A stretch of DNA of 64,000 nucleotides from an uncultured delta proteobacterium. Its GTDB lineage: Bacteria; Desulfobacterota; Syntrophia; Syntrophales; UBA2192. The stretch is from positions 1-64,000 of the forward strand of contig CAVPJD010000024.1 of assembly GCA_963705165.1 (NCBI GenBank). Reading direction: 5' to 3'. The position numbers were made by a program, and so were the translations under genes. The notes beneath the pieces were generated by a model. That model was not told the origin of the DNA. It made no database searches and worked only from the letters and a program-made list of their open reading frames with translations. This document shows positions 9,957 to 20,105 of this stretch, piece by piece (position 1 is the first letter of the stretch; every line of letters begins with the position of its first letter).

Positions 9957-12713
9957 TCAGGCTCCGGGGCCGGTTTCAGGGACCGCCGTTTTCAGCTTCT
10001 TTCGTTTTCTCAGGACCTGCAGGGTGAAGACGCCCGCGAGGAGGCCGATTCCCAGGATATCCGTAATGGTTCCGGGGAAGATCAGGGCTGCGGCCGCGGC
10101 GCCCGTGGCAATGCGCTCCGGAATCGTCGAGTGGTCCTTGAGATACCCGATGATCGTCGCGCCCAGGGCAATAACGCCCAGGAACATCGTGAGCATGACC
10201 TGTCCAAACCAGACGTAATCGAAGGGGGTCGTCCCGTCAAGGATCGTCGGCATCCAGAGCACGATCGGCGCGGACACGAATACAAGTGGAATGATGAAGC
10301 CCCCCGATGCGAGCGTGAACGCCCTCAGGCCTGTCCTGAAGGGATCCGCACCGGAAATTCCCGATGCCGCATAGGCCGCAAGCGCCACGGGCGGCGTCAC
10401 GTCGGCCAGGATCGCGTAGAAAAAGACAAACATGTGTGAGACGAGCGGGTGGATGCCCCACTGCATGAGCGCCGGCGCGGCGATCATGGCGGCGATGATG
10501 TATTGGGCTGTCGTGGGGATGCCCATGCCGAGGACAAAGCAGGCCAGCGCCGTGTTGATCAGCGTGAAGAACAGGGTGATGTCACTGACGGTGCTCAGGC
10601 CCATCAACAGGGGATGGAGAACGACGGCGATCTGGTGGGCTACGGCGATGACGGCCGTGGCGAATTTGAGGCCGATCCCGGTGAGCGTCGTCGCCCCGAC
10701 GATGAAGCCCACGCAGGCGCAGGCGGCGCCGATGGCGATCGCGTTCTTCGTTCCGTCCTCGAGACTCGAGAGGATCTCGGGGACGCGCATCTTGCTTTCC
10801 TTGTAGAAGAAACCGGTCAGGACGATGAGCATGCAGCACCAGAAGGCGGCAAGCGACGTTTCCATCTCGAAAAAGAGAAGCCCTGTGAGGATGACCGCGA
10901 TGGTCAGGGCGATTCCCGTCGGGAGCAGCCCGGAGGTCCTGTAAAAATAAAAAAGCGCGATGGCCGCAAAGCCCGCCCAGCCGACAAGGACCGCTGTGGA
11001 TTCGAAGGGGTTGATGCTGAACAGGCAGGGAAGCACGCTGAGCAGCAGCGGGATCAGAAGCGGTTTTGTTCTTTCATGAATCTGGCCCGTGGCGGTGGCG
11101 TAGATGATGCCCCAGAAGGCTGCCATGAAGGGACTCTTGCCCGAAACGAGCAAATAGATGATGATGAATAGCGGAAAGATCAAAAGCCCCCGTTCCCTCA
11201 TCACGTCCCACACGCGGGGCAGGTTCTCCCTCGACAGGCCCACGAGTCCGCTTTTCTTCGCCTCCAGGTGAACCATGGTACCAACGGCAAAAAAGTAAAA
11301 CAGGGCGGGAACGATGGCGGCCGTGGCGATCTTGATGTAGGCAACCCCCAGGAACTCGGCCATGATGAAGGCTGCAGCCCCCATGATGGGGGGCATGATC
11401 TGGCCGCCTGTGGAGGCGGCAGCTTCCACGGCTCCCGCGAAGACCGGGCGATAGCCCACCTTCTTCATCAGGGGAATCGTGAAGGAGCCCGTCGTCACCG
11501 TGTTGGCCACGGACGAGCCGCTGATGGAACCCATGAAGCCGCTGGAGATGACGGCCACCTTGGCCGGCCCCCCGGCGGACCAGCCGGCAAGCGCCATGGC
11601 GAGGTCCATGAAGAGCTGGGCGAGCCCCGTCCGGGCGATGAAGAGCCCGAAGAGGACGAAGTGGAAGACAAAGGTGGCCACGACCCCCAGGGGGATGCCG
11701 TAGATGCCCTCTGTGCCGAGGAACATGTAGTCGACGATCCGGGAGATGGAGTAGCCCCGGTGGGCGAAGATGTCGAGCCCCGGGATATTGAGGAAGTAGG
11801 GTCCGAGGTAGCAGTTGATCAGCACCAGCATGGCGATAATCGGCAGCGGTGCGCCGATGCTGCGCCTTGCCCCCTCCAGAATAAGCAGGAAGGAGAAGCT
11901 CCCGACGACGAGTTCCGCCTGATCGGGGCTGCCGGCCCGCATGCCGATGTTGTTGAACTCCAGGAAGACGAAGACGGAGATCATGCAGGCCATGAGGGCG
12001 AAGAAAACATCGAAGTAGGGAATGTTGTCCTGCTTGTAGTCGGCGGCCTTGTGGTCCCGCAAGATGGCAAGTAGAGCCCGAACCCAGTTCAGAAAGAAGA
12101 GCGCGATGATCGCCAGGAATATCCCGAGCAGGAAGATCCCCCAAAAAACGAGTTCGGGGTTGAGGTCCTCGAACCAGGAGCGGACGTCCAGGTGCGTCCA
12201 GCCCAGGCCGATTCCGTAGAGGACAAACCCGATCATGGCCGTGTAGATGGGGAAGTCGACATAGAGGGCCAGGCGATCGGGCAGGTTCTCGCGCTGTTTG
12301 AAGTAGAGGACCAGGGCGAAGGTGGCAGCAGCCATCGCCGCACTGGCGCCGAAGGACAGGCCTAAAATTTCCCGGAAAATTGCCGTGTTGAGCATGGCCG
12401 CCACGACGGCATAGAGGATATCGTAGACGAGGTGCTTGCCCCCCTTGAGGTGGACGTCCTTCTTCATCGCGTAGACGAAGAAGACCAGCGGAAGCACGAA
12501 AGCCAGGTGGAAGGCGCGGTGGCGCCACTCCTGCAGCACACCGAAGCCCGCCGTGTAGATGTGGAAGATTGAGAGGATAATCGTCATGGCGAAGACCAGT
12601 TTCGCCGTCATCCCCGTGAGCTGTCGGAACCGCATCTCGGGGTCGTACTTGGCGATCTGATCCGGATCTTCCTTGATCTCGGAGGCTGTTAGGACCACTT
12701 TCTGCTCAGCCAT
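9957..12713 (-). CDS. TRAP transporter fused 4TM/12TM permease (TAXI type)
   Basis: GGPAKVAV, SGSSVANTVTTG, EAAASTGGQIMPPIMGAAAF, LGMGIPTT, TPPVALAAYA. Confidence 0.92.
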   Translation of the reverse strand: MAEQKVVLTASEIKEDPDQIAKYDPEMRFRQLTGMTAKLVFAMTIILSIFHIYTAGFGVLQEWRHRAFHLAFVLPLVFFVYAMKKDVHLKGGKHLVYDILYAVVAAMLNTAIFREILGLSFGASAAMAAATFALVLYFKQRENLPDRLALYVDFPIYTAMIGFVLYGIGLGWTHLDVRSWFEDLNPELVFWGIFLLGIFLAIIALFFLNWVRALLAILRDHKAADYKQDNIPYFDVFFALMACMISVFVFLEFNNIGMRAGSPDQAELVVGSFSFLLILEGARRSIGAPLPIIAMLVLINCYLGPYFLNIPGLDIFAHRGYSISRIVDYMFLGTEGIYGIPLGVVATFVFHFVLFGLFIARTGLAQLFMDLAMALAGWSAGGPAKVAVISSGFMGSISGSSVANTVTTGSFTIPLMKKVGYRPVFAGAVEAAASTGGQIMPPIMGAAAFIMAEFLGVAYIKIATAAIVPALFYFFAVGTMVHLEAKKSGLVGLSRENLPRVWDVMRERGLLIFPLFIIIYLLVSGKSPFMAAFWGIIYATATGQIHERTKPLLIPLLLSVLPCLFSINPFESTAVLVGWAGFAAIALFYFYRTSGLLPTGIALTIAVILTGLLFFEMETSLAAFWCCMLIVLTGFFYKESKMRVPEILSSLEDGTKNAIAIGAACACVGFIVGATTLTGIGLKFATAVIAVAHQIAVVLHPLLMGLSTVSDITLFFTLINTALACFVLGMGIPTTAQYIIAAMIAAPALMQWGIHPLVSHMFVFFYAILADVTPPVALAAYAASGISGADPFRTGLRAFTLASGGFIIPLVFVSAPIVLWMPTILDGTTPFDYVWFGQVMLTMFLGVIALGATIIGYLKDHSTIPERIATGAAAAALIFPGTITDILGIGLLAGVFTLQVLRKRKKLKTAVPETGPGA

Positions 12714-12739
12714 GTCACCGATCCTCGCTTCTGTTCAGT

Positions 12740-13240
12740 CTACATTCGGAAGGCCCAGGGCAGAAGCTCCCAGGCGAAAACCCTCGGGGTCGAAATCCGA
12801 AGAAGCCCGTTTCCCGCCAGCGCCGGGAGGGAAACAACCCTGCCGTCCATCGCAAGCGAACCTCCGTAGTCCTCGTGGACCCAGAGCTGGATCTCGGGCA
12901 GGACCCTGTCGAGATTCGAGAGCCGAAAACCCCTGTCTGTCCGCTCGAAGATCTCCCCCTTCGAGACGACGGCGGGGAGCCCCGTGTTCAGGGAGCTGAA
13001 TTCCGTCTGATATAGAATAATCCGGCAGTCATCGTCAATCCGGAAATAATCCGTAACCTCGGATTTTTCCACCGAGTGGACAAAGGACAGCGTGAAGGTG
13101 TCGCCCGGTGCAACTTTCTTGAGCAATACGACTCTTCCCGTCCCGCCGGACGCCCGCACTTCAAGGCCGTGCAGGGGGATGAAGCCGGCCGCCAGGACAA
13201 GAAGGGCTGCGGCAGCCAGGGTCCAGTGTAACCTTTTCAT
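12740..13240 (-). CDS. DUF1850-like protein of TAXI-TRAP operons
   Basis: FTLSFVHSVEKS and GLP motifs; position between TAXI receptor and permease. Confidence 0.75.
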   Translation of the reverse strand: MKRLHWTLAAAALLVLAAGFIPLHGLEVRASGGTGRVVLLKKVAPGDTFTLSFVHSVEKSEVTDYFRIDDDCRIILYQTEFSSLNTGLPAVVSKGEIFERTDRGFRLSNLDRVLPEIQLWVHEDYGGSLAMDGRVVSLPALAGNGLLRISTPRVFAWELLPWAFRM

Positions 13241-13242
13241 AT

Positions 13243-13279
13243 AAAAAAACTGGGCACCCCCGGGGGAGTGCCCAGTTTA
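13243..13279 (-). terminator. Hairpin with U-tract after the TAXI receptor gene
   Basis: aaactgggcac...gtgcccagttt; A-run on + strand. Confidence 0.65.
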
Positions 13280-13303
13280 CCTCCCGGTTGAAACAGGATG
13301 TCG

Positions 13304-14320
13304 CTACTTCTTTTTCGGGGCAGCCTTCTTGGCGGGCTCGGCCTTGATCACGCCCGCTTCCTTATAGTACTTCTCCGCGCCCGGGTGGAGCGGAATGGCC
13401 ATACCGTCCAGGGCCGTCTTGATCTGCACGTTCTTGCCCTGGGCGTGAGCCTGGGCCATCTTCGCGGCACCTGTCTCCCAGAGGGCCTTGGTCAGCTTGT
13501 AGACCACCTCATCGGGAACCTCGGCCCCGACGACCCACTGGGCCATCGTGGTGATGGTGGCCACGTCCTTGTCCTGGTCCTTGTAGGTCCCCTTGGGAAT
13601 GACAATCTTGCTATAGAAGGGGTACTTCTTGGTGAGGTCCTTGATCTTGGCCTCTTCGATGGGCACTATCATGATCTTTGCCGAGATGGCCAGTTCCTGG
13701 ATGGCCGCTGTGGGCCAGCCCGCCGTAATGAACGCCACGTCGGCCTGCTTGTCCTGGAGCCGCTGCGCCGCGCCGGAGAACCCGAGCCAGTCGACACTTG
13801 CAAAGCCCTTGTAGCTCTTGCCGTCCCACAAATCGTAAGCGGAGAGGACATTCTGCGCATCGACTTCGGTTCCGCTGCCGCGATCACCGGGGACAAGGCG
13901 CTTGCCTTTGACGTCCTTCACGGTCTTGATGCCCGCTTCGGCGCGGGCCACGATCTGGATCGTCTCGGGATAGAGGGACGCGATGAACCGCAGGTTCTTG
14001 GCCGGCTTTTCCTTGAACTGATCGACTCCGTTGTACGCGTTGTAGGCCACATTGCTCTGGACGAAGGCCGACTCGATCTGCTTGTCGCGGATCAGGTTGC
14101 AGTTGGCCACCGAGGCCTGCCCCGCCTGTGCCGTCGTGACGACTTCGGGAACCTTTTCCGTCAGCGCCTGGGCCAGGATGCCGCCGAGGGGATAGTAGGT
14201 GCCGCCCGTGCCGCCCGTGGAAATGACGAAGAACTTCTTCTGCTGCGCGATCGACGTCCCTGCAAGGACGAGGGTCAGCGCCAGGACGATGGATACGACG
14301 AGGAATGCTCTCTTCTTCAT
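13304..14320 (-). CDS. TAXI family TRAP solute-binding protein
   Basis: Signal peptide; TGGTGGTYYPLG, SLYPETIQ, IPLHPGAEKYY. Confidence 0.92.
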   Translation of the reverse strand: MKKRAFLVVSIVLALTLVLAGTSIAQQKKFFVISTGGTGGTYYPLGGILAQALTEKVPEVVTTAQAGQASVANCNLIRDKQIESAFVQSNVAYNAYNGVDQFKEKPAKNLRFIASLYPETIQIVARAEAGIKTVKDVKGKRLVPGDRGSGTEVDAQNVLSAYDLWDGKSYKGFASVDWLGFSGAAQRLQDKQADVAFITAGWPTAAIQELAISAKIMIVPIEEAKIKDLTKKYPFYSKIVIPKGTYKDQDKDVATITTMAQWVVGAEVPDEVVYKLTKALWETGAAKMAQAHAQGKNVQIKTALDGMAIPLHPGAEKYYKEAGVIKAEPAKKAAPKKK

Positions 14321-14668
14321 CCGAAAACCCTCCTTATTATGTTGGCTGGAAGTTCCGATAAGATGCCGGCTGCGTCCCGTTTTCACAGACACCCCTGAAC
14401 GGCTGTATCAGGGCAATGCCGCCTGTTTTGGTCCGATGGAATTGATTAGAATAATTCCCCCTTGTTGTCAAGCTTTTCCCTCGGCTATCCACAGTGCGCC
14501 ATTGGTAAAATTCGTTGCAAAACAGTATCTTTCGAGGCATCGAGGTTTGCATCGCCATAAAATATCCTTGATTTTTCGCAATCAAGATAATAAAAGATAC
14601 CGTTCATGCAAAGGCCTGCCTAGAGATTTCGGGATTTCGCCGGCCGGGTCGAACAAGGAGATTTGCGG

Positions 14669-15403
14669 ATGATCAAGTTTATCGAGGTCCACAAGTGGTT
14701 CAAGGACCTCCACGTCCTCAATGGCGTCAACTTCCACGTGAAGCAGGGGGAGGTCGTCGTCGTTTGCGGCCCTTCCGGCTCGGGAAAGTCAACGCTCATC
14801 CGCTGCATCAACAGCCTCGAGCCCATCCAGAAGGGGACCCTCATCGTCGACGGGATGGACCTCGGCGACAAGAAGACGGACATCACGAAGCTGCGCGCCG
14901 AGATCGGCTTCGTTTTTCAGCAGTTCAATCTTTACCCCCACCTGACGGCATTCAAGAACATCACGCTCGCCCCCATCAAGGTGCGGGGGATGAACAAGAA
15001 AGAGGCCGAGGACCTGGCCATGTCGCTCCTCGAGCGGGTGGGACTGACCGAGAAGCGGGACGCCTTCCCGGCGCAGCTCTCGGGCGGGCAGCAGCAGCGC
15101 GTGGCCATCGCGCGGGCACTGGCCATGAAACCGAAGATCATGCTCTTCGACGAGCCCACCTCGGCCCTTGACCCCGAGATGATCGGCGAGGTGCTCCAGG
15201 TCATGCTGGGGCTGGCCAACACGGGAATGACGCTCGTGGTGGTGACCCACGAGATGGGCTTTGCCCGGGAGGTCTCCAACCGGGTCGTCTTCATGGATTT
15301 CGGCCAGATTCTGGAGGAGGCACACCCCGAGGAATTTTTCAAGAACCCGCAACACGAACGGGCAAAGCAGTTCCTGAAAGAAATTCTGTCTCCCATGCAC
15401 TAA
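14669..15403 (+). CDS. Polar amino-acid ABC transporter ATPase (GlnQ-like)
   Basis: [28 protein letters not shown]. Confidence 0.93.
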   Translation: MIKFIEVHKWFKDLHVLNGVNFHVKQGEVVVVCGPSGSGKSTLIRCINSLEPIQKGTLIVDGMDLGDKKTDITKLRAEIGFVFQQFNLYPHLTAFKNITLAPIKVRGMNKKEAEDLAMSLLERVGLTEKRDAFPAQLSGGQQQRVAIARALAMKPKIMLFDEPTSALDPEMIGEVLQVMLGLANTGMTLVVVTHEMGFAREVSNRVVFMDFGQILEEAHPEEFFKNPQHERAKQFLKEILSPMH

Positions 15404-15420
15404 AAATAAGGAGGATTTCG

Positions 15421-16242
15421 ATGAAAAGATTTCTGGCAACCCTGATCGCGCTGACTTTTATCTTTGGACTGACGGGCATCGTTCTGGCAGAGGACACCTA
15501 CGATGTCGTGAAAAAGAGGGGAACCCTGATCGTGGGCGTGAAGGACGCCTCGCCGGGGTTCGGCTACATCGACCCGAAGACCCGCGAGATCGTGGGCTAC
15601 GACGTGGACTTTGCAGCCTACCTCGCCAAGAAGATGGGCGTGAAGCTCGAACTCAAGGGCGTCACCTCGGCGGCCCGGATTCCCCAGCTCCAGGCCGGCA
15701 ATGTTGACCTGATCGCCGCAACACTGACCTGGACGCCCGAGCGGGCCAAACAGGTCGATTTCTCCCATACCTACTTCCTCACGGGCCAGAAGTTCCTCGT
15801 GAAGAAGGGAACCGTGAATAGCCTCGCCGATCTCGACGGCAAGAAGCTCGGGACGGCCAAAGGCACCACCTCGGAGCAGAACGCCTCCAAGGCCCTGCCC
15901 AAGGCGACGATCCTCTCTTTCGACGACTATCCCCAGGCATTCCTGGCGCTGCAGCAGGGCAAGGTCGTGGCGGTGACGACGGACGAGTCGATCCTGGCCG
16001 GCATCCTCGGCAAGGCCCCCAACAAGGACCAGTACGAGATCGCAGACATCCGGATTTCCGATGAGCCCTACGGGCTTGCGATCCGCAAGGACAACCCCAA
16101 GTTCCTGAAGTTCATCGACGACACGCTTCTCGAGATGGAGAAGAACGGCGAGGCCAAGAAGATCTGGGACAAGTGGTTCAACCCGCAATCCGACCAGCCG
16201 ATGCCCCGCGGCAAATTCAAGATCACGGCGGACCGGAAGTAG
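15421..16242 (+). CDS. Amino-acid ABC transporter substrate-binding protein (family 3)
   Basis: Signal peptide; GYDVD, VDFSHTYF, EPYGLAIRK. Confidence 0.92.
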   Translation: MKRFLATLIALTFIFGLTGIVLAEDTYDVVKKRGTLIVGVKDASPGFGYIDPKTREIVGYDVDFAAYLAKKMGVKLELKGVTSAARIPQLQAGNVDLIAATLTWTPERAKQVDFSHTYFLTGQKFLVKKGTVNSLADLDGKKLGTAKGTTSEQNASKALPKATILSFDDYPQAFLALQQGKVVAVTTDESILAGILGKAPNKDQYEIADIRISDEPYGLAIRKDNPKFLKFIDDTLLEMEKNGEAKKIWDKWFNPQSDQPMPRGKFKITADRK

Positions 16243-16279
16243 CGGCCCTTCGTTCAGGCCTATCGTTTCTTAAGCATAT

Positions 16280-16327
16280 CGGCCGTCCGTGCGCGCCGGG
16301 CCGGCGTGTACGGACGGCTCCTTTTTC
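16280..16327 (+). terminator. Intra-operon hairpin with T-run
   Basis: gccgtccgtgcgcgcc...ggcgtgtacggacggc followed by tccttttt. Confidence 0.55.
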
Positions 16328-16383
16328 GCGCCCCCGCTGGTTGAAATGCGGGGACGAACAAACGTTCCAGCGGTCGTGCGGGT

Positions 16384-17091
16384 ATGTTCCAGTATCAGTT
16401 TGACTGGTCCGTCGTCCTCACCGGGCAATACGCCCAGTGGATCGTCGACGGCATCAAGCTCACCATCCAGCTCTCGGCGGTGTCGATTGCCCTGTCGTTT
16501 TTGATGGGGCTGCTCATCGCCGTCATGCGAATGAGCCAGATCGCGCCCATCCGCGGATTTGCCCACGGCTATCTGGAGTTCATCCGCAACACGCCGCTGC
16601 TCGTCCAGTTCTTCTTCTGGTACTTCGGCTCCTACCAGATCCTGCCGCAGGCCGTGAACGACTGGCTCAACGCGCGGGATTTCGAGTTTGCCGCGGCCGT
16701 CATCGCGCTGACGATCTACACTTCGGCCTTCATCGCCGAGGACATCCGCTCGGGCATCCGCTCCATCCCGAAGGAGCAGATGGAGGCGGCCCGCAGCTCC
16801 GGTTTTTCCTATATTCGCTCCATGCAGCACATCATCCTGCCCCAGGCCGTGCGGCTCACCATCCCGCCGCTCATCAGCCAGTTTCTCAACCTGATGAAGA
16901 ACTCGTCGCTCGCGATGACGATCGGCGTGGCGGAGCTCACGTACCAGGCCAGGCAGGTGGAAAGCTACACCTTCAGGGGGTTCGAGGCCTTCACGGCGGC
17001 AACGCTGGTTTATCTGGTCATGTCGCTCGTCATCACGGGCCTCGTGATGCTTTACGACAAGAAAGTTCTGTCTCCAACGGGGATGAAATAA
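16384..17091 (+). CDS. Amino-acid ABC transporter permease
   Basis: EFIRNTPLLVQ; EAA loop; NLMKNSSL. Confidence 0.93.
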   Translation: MFQYQFDWSVVLTGQYAQWIVDGIKLTIQLSAVSIALSFLMGLLIAVMRMSQIAPIRGFAHGYLEFIRNTPLLVQFFFWYFGSYQILPQAVNDWLNARDFEFAAAVIALTIYTSAFIAEDIRSGIRSIPKEQMEAARSSGFSYIRSMQHIILPQAVRLTIPPLISQFLNLMKNSSLAMTIGVAELTYQARQVESYTFRGFEAFTAATLVYLVMSLVITGLVMLYDKKVLSPTGMK

Positions 17092-17094
17092 TCC

Positions 17095-17796
17095 ATGGAC
17101 GGCTGGTTCGGATTCCAGGTCATCTGGGACAACATGGCTCACTTCCTGGTGGGACGCTACCCGAGCGGTCCCATCGGCGGGCTTGCGCTCACGATCTGGC
17201 TTGCCGTGGTCTCCTGCGCCCTCTCGATCGTCATCGGCATCTTCGTGGGGCTTTTGTGCGTCTCCGGTAACCGCTTCATCAAGTACCCCGTGCTCGCCGT
17301 CGTGAACTGCATCCGGGGGATCCCCCTGCTCATGGTCATCTTCTGGATGTACTTCCTGCTGCCCGCCTTCATGGGGATGGTCGTCCCGGAGAGCTGGACC
17401 GTCATCGCGGCGCTCACCATCTTCACCTCCGCCTATATGTCCCAGATCGTCCAGGCAGGCATCGAGGGCATCCCCCGGGGCCAGACCGAGGCGGGTCTCT
17501 CGACGGGGCTGTCCCGGAACCGGGTGATGATCTTCATCGTGCTGCCCCAGGCCATACGGAACATGATCCCCTCCTTCGTGAACCAGCTCGTGTCCCTCAT
17601 CAAGGACACGTCCCTGGCCTTCATCGTCGGTGTCGCCGAGCTCACCCACGTGGCCACCCAGGTGAGCAACCGCACGATGATCTACCCGGCCCAGATCTTT
17701 CTCTTCATCGCCATCATCTACTTCATCCTGTGCTTCATGCTCACGAGCTACTCGCGGTATCTGGAGCAGAAACTCGCCTACAGAAAGGCCATCTGA
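17095..17796 (+). CDS. Amino-acid ABC transporter permease
   Basis: RGIPLL; GQTEAG; SLIKDTSL. Confidence 0.93.
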   Translation: MDGWFGFQVIWDNMAHFLVGRYPSGPIGGLALTIWLAVVSCALSIVIGIFVGLLCVSGNRFIKYPVLAVVNCIRGIPLLMVIFWMYFLLPAFMGMVVPESWTVIAALTIFTSAYMSQIVQAGIEGIPRGQTEAGLSTGLSRNRVMIFIVLPQAIRNMIPSFVNQLVSLIKDTSLAFIVGVAELTHVATQVSNRTMIYPAQIFLFIAIIYFILCFMLTSYSRYLEQKLAYRKAI

Positions 17797-17799
17797 AGA

Positions 17800-17886
17800 C
17801 AGGGTCCCGGGTAAAGGGTTCAGGGTCATAAAGAATTCTTACTTCCTTCCCTGTACCCTGGCCCCTTTACCCTTAACCCTATCCTG
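17800..17886. repeat. Heptamer-repeat hairpin (AGGGTNN arms / NNACCCT arms)
   Basis: cagggtcccgggtaaagggttcagggtc...ccctgtaccctggcccctttacccttaaccct; related copy at 18487-18537. Confidence 0.75.
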
Positions 17887-17895
17887 ATTTTCCCG

Positions 17896-17924
17896 TTGAC
17901 GTTTCCGCCCTGCGCTCGTAATAT
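17896..17924 (+). promoter_or_regulatory. Sigma70-like promoter
   Basis: TTGACG-N17-TAATAT. Confidence 0.6.
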
Positions 17925-17961
17925 CCCCGCGGCAAATATGCGTACGAAAGGGGATGGGAAG

Positions 17962-18486
17962 ATGTCCGGGGAAAAGTCTTACGAGATTCCTCCCGAGGCG
18001 CGGGCGCAGGTCATGGCGGGCCTCGCGCTCGCCTGGGACGGCCAGTGGTTTTTGAAGGTGAACGACAAGTATGGCTGGGATGCGGCCGCGGAACTCAACT
18101 TCCGGACGCGCAATGCCTTCGCGCGGATCGAGATGCGGAGCACCCTGCTGGCCCTGGGGAAAAAAAAGGCCGATGACCTGAGGGACGCTCTCGAGGTCTG
18201 GAAAGCCTATTTCCGGATGTTCGGGGCCGATCGCGGTGTCTTCGCCGGGGATTATGCCATCGAAGGAGACACCCTCACGGTGACGGTGCACAAATGCGCC
18301 GCCTGGGAGGGGGCAAAGCGGGCCAGGCTGGAAAAGGATGTCCAGGCCTGCCTCACCTGCGAAAGACTCTGGCAGTCATGGTTTGCGACACTCCTGCCCG
18401 ATCGCGACGTGAGCCAGGAGGTGATCGCCCGGATGGGCTTCGGCGATCCGCAGTGCTTGTTTCGCGTGACGGCGAAAGCAAAATGA
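17962..18486 (+). CDS. Hypothetical protein, DUF6125/V4R-like small-ligand-binding fold
   Basis: DGQWF, YGWDAA and spaced cysteines (KC, CLTC, QC). Confidence 0.55.
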   Translation: MSGEKSYEIPPEARAQVMAGLALAWDGQWFLKVNDKYGWDAAAELNFRTRNAFARIEMRSTLLALGKKKADDLRDALEVWKAYFRMFGADRGVFAGDYAIEGDTLTVTVHKCAAWEGAKRARLEKDVQACLTCERLWQSWFATLLPDRDVSQEVIARMGFGDPQCLFRVTAKAK

Positions 18487-18548
18487 CAGGGGTCTCGGGA
18501 AAAGAATTCTTCTTCCTTCCCTATACCCTATACCCTTGATTTGTCCAT

Positions 18549-19325
18549 TCAGGCCATTTTCAAATGAATCAGCAGGACAACGACCAGGATGATCCGGTAG
18601 ACGCCGAAGGGGATGAACGTGTGCGTCTGGATGAAGCGAAGCAGGAACTTGATGCTCAGCAGGGCGACGATGAAGGCGGTGACGAAGCCGGCAATCAGGA
18701 ACTCGACCTGGGGAAGGGTCATTTCCGGTCCCGTCTTGATCAGGTCGTAAACGGTTGCGGCCAGCATGGTCGGCACGGCAAGCAGAAAGGAGAACTCCAC
18801 GATGGTTTTCCTCTTCAGCCCCAGGATGAGCCCTCCGATAATGGTGGAGGCCGAGCGGGACACCCCCGGGACCATGGCAATGGACTGGAAAAGGCCGATG
18901 ATGAGGGCGGTCTTGTAGGACATCTGGCGGATCTCGCCGGCTGCACCCTCCTTTTCGCTGTACCAATACTCGAAGGCAATCAGGAACAGGCCTCCGAGAA
19001 ACAAAGACCAGAGCACGACCGCCGTCGAGCCCAACAGATAGCTCTTGACCACCCTGTAAAGCGTCAGGCCCAGGACGCCCGTCGGGATGAAGGCGACGGC
19101 TACCCGCTTGATGACCTCGAAATCCACCAGCAGGAGCCGCCAGTACAGAACGACGACAGAAAGGATGGACCCCACCTGGATGGCGATCTCGAAGCTCTTG
19201 AGGAATTCCGTGTGCTCCAGGCCCATGAGATCGGAGGCCAGGATCATGTGCCCCGTCGAGGAGATCGGCAGGAACTCGGAGACGCCCTGAACGATGCCCA
19301 ATATGATCGCAGTCAGAAGATCCAA
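18549..19325 (-). CDS. uppP: Undecaprenyl-diphosphate phosphatase
   Basis: GIVQGVSEFLPISSTGH, PGVSRS, EFSFLLAVP. Confidence 0.95.
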   Translation of the reverse strand: MDLLTAIILGIVQGVSEFLPISSTGHMILASDLMGLEHTEFLKSFEIAIQVGSILSVVVLYWRLLLVDFEVIKRVAVAFIPTGVLGLTLYRVVKSYLLGSTAVVLWSLFLGGLFLIAFEYWYSEKEGAAGEIRQMSYKTALIIGLFQSIAMVPGVSRSASTIIGGLILGLKRKTIVEFSFLLAVPTMLAATVYDLIKTGPEMTLPQVEFLIAGFVTAFIVALLSIKFLLRFIQTHTFIPFGVYRIILVVVLLIHLKMA

Positions 19326-19338
19326 TTTCCCTCTCTCT

Positions 19339-19983
19339 TCACATCCTACTACGTTTCGCCTGCCGCCTCGCCCGGATCAGCTCGAAGACGCTGGGCAGAA
19401 CGGAGAGCACGATGATGGCGAGGATCACCATCGTGAAGTTGTTCTTCACGAAGGGGAGGTTGCCAAAATAGTATCCGCCGAGGAGGAACACGCACATCCA
19501 GGTGATCGCCCCGGAGATGTTGTAGGCAAGGAACTTCGGGTAGGTCATCTTCGCGATGCCTGCCACGAAGGGGGCGAAGGTCCGGATGATGGGCAGGAAC
19601 TTTCCGATAAAGATCGTTTTGCCGCCGTATTTCTCGTAGAAGTGGTGGGTCCGGTCCAGGTATTCCTGCCGCACCCACCCGCGCTTTACGATTCGGTCCC
19701 CCACGAACCGGCCGGTCCAGTAGTTGACGTTGTCGCCGATGATCGCGGCGGCCGTGAGCAGGGCGAGCGTCGTCTGCAGGTCCAGGGAGCCGCGGGCGGC
19801 GATGGTGCCCGTGACGAAGAGCAGCGAGTCCCCCGGCAGGAAGGGGGTCACCACGAGGCCCGTCTCGCAGAAAATGATCGCGAACAGGATGAGGTAGATC
19901 CAGATCCCGTAGGTCTGGATTAGCCCGTCCAGGTGGCGGTCGATATGAAGGACGAAGTCGATGTAGTTTAATATGAATTCCAT
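19339..19983 (-). CDS. dedA: DedA family membrane protein
   Basis: FCETGLVVTPFLPGDSLLF, GDNVNY, RTFAPFVAG. Confidence 0.93.
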   Translation of the reverse strand: MEFILNYIDFVLHIDRHLDGLIQTYGIWIYLILFAIIFCETGLVVTPFLPGDSLLFVTGTIAARGSLDLQTTLALLTAAAIIGDNVNYWTGRFVGDRIVKRGWVRQEYLDRTHHFYEKYGGKTIFIGKFLPIIRTFAPFVAGIAKMTYPKFLAYNISGAITWMCVFLLGGYYFGNLPFVKNNFTMVILAIIVLSVLPSVFELIRARRQAKRSRM

Positions 19984-20026
19984 GGCACGGGGCTTAAGGC
20001 TAATGGCTTAGGGCTGAAAAGACAAT

Positions 20027-20042
20027 AGCGAATATCGTGCCA
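20027..20042 (-). promoter_or_regulatory. Sigma54 (-24/-12) promoter upstream of dedA-uppP
   Basis: Minus strand TGGCACGATATTCGCT, GG-N10-GC. Confidence 0.65.
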
Positions 20043-20105
20043 TCGGGGCGCCCTTTTCTCTAAAAAAGTTATTGCCCTTTGCCTTTCGCCGTAAGCCTTG
20101 AGCCA

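Noticed and set aside
14563..14588. Imperfect palindrome cttgatt-N6-aatcaag in the divergent TAXI/ABC promoter region
   Set aside because: Single occurrence and no regulator nearby; cannot be supported as an operator
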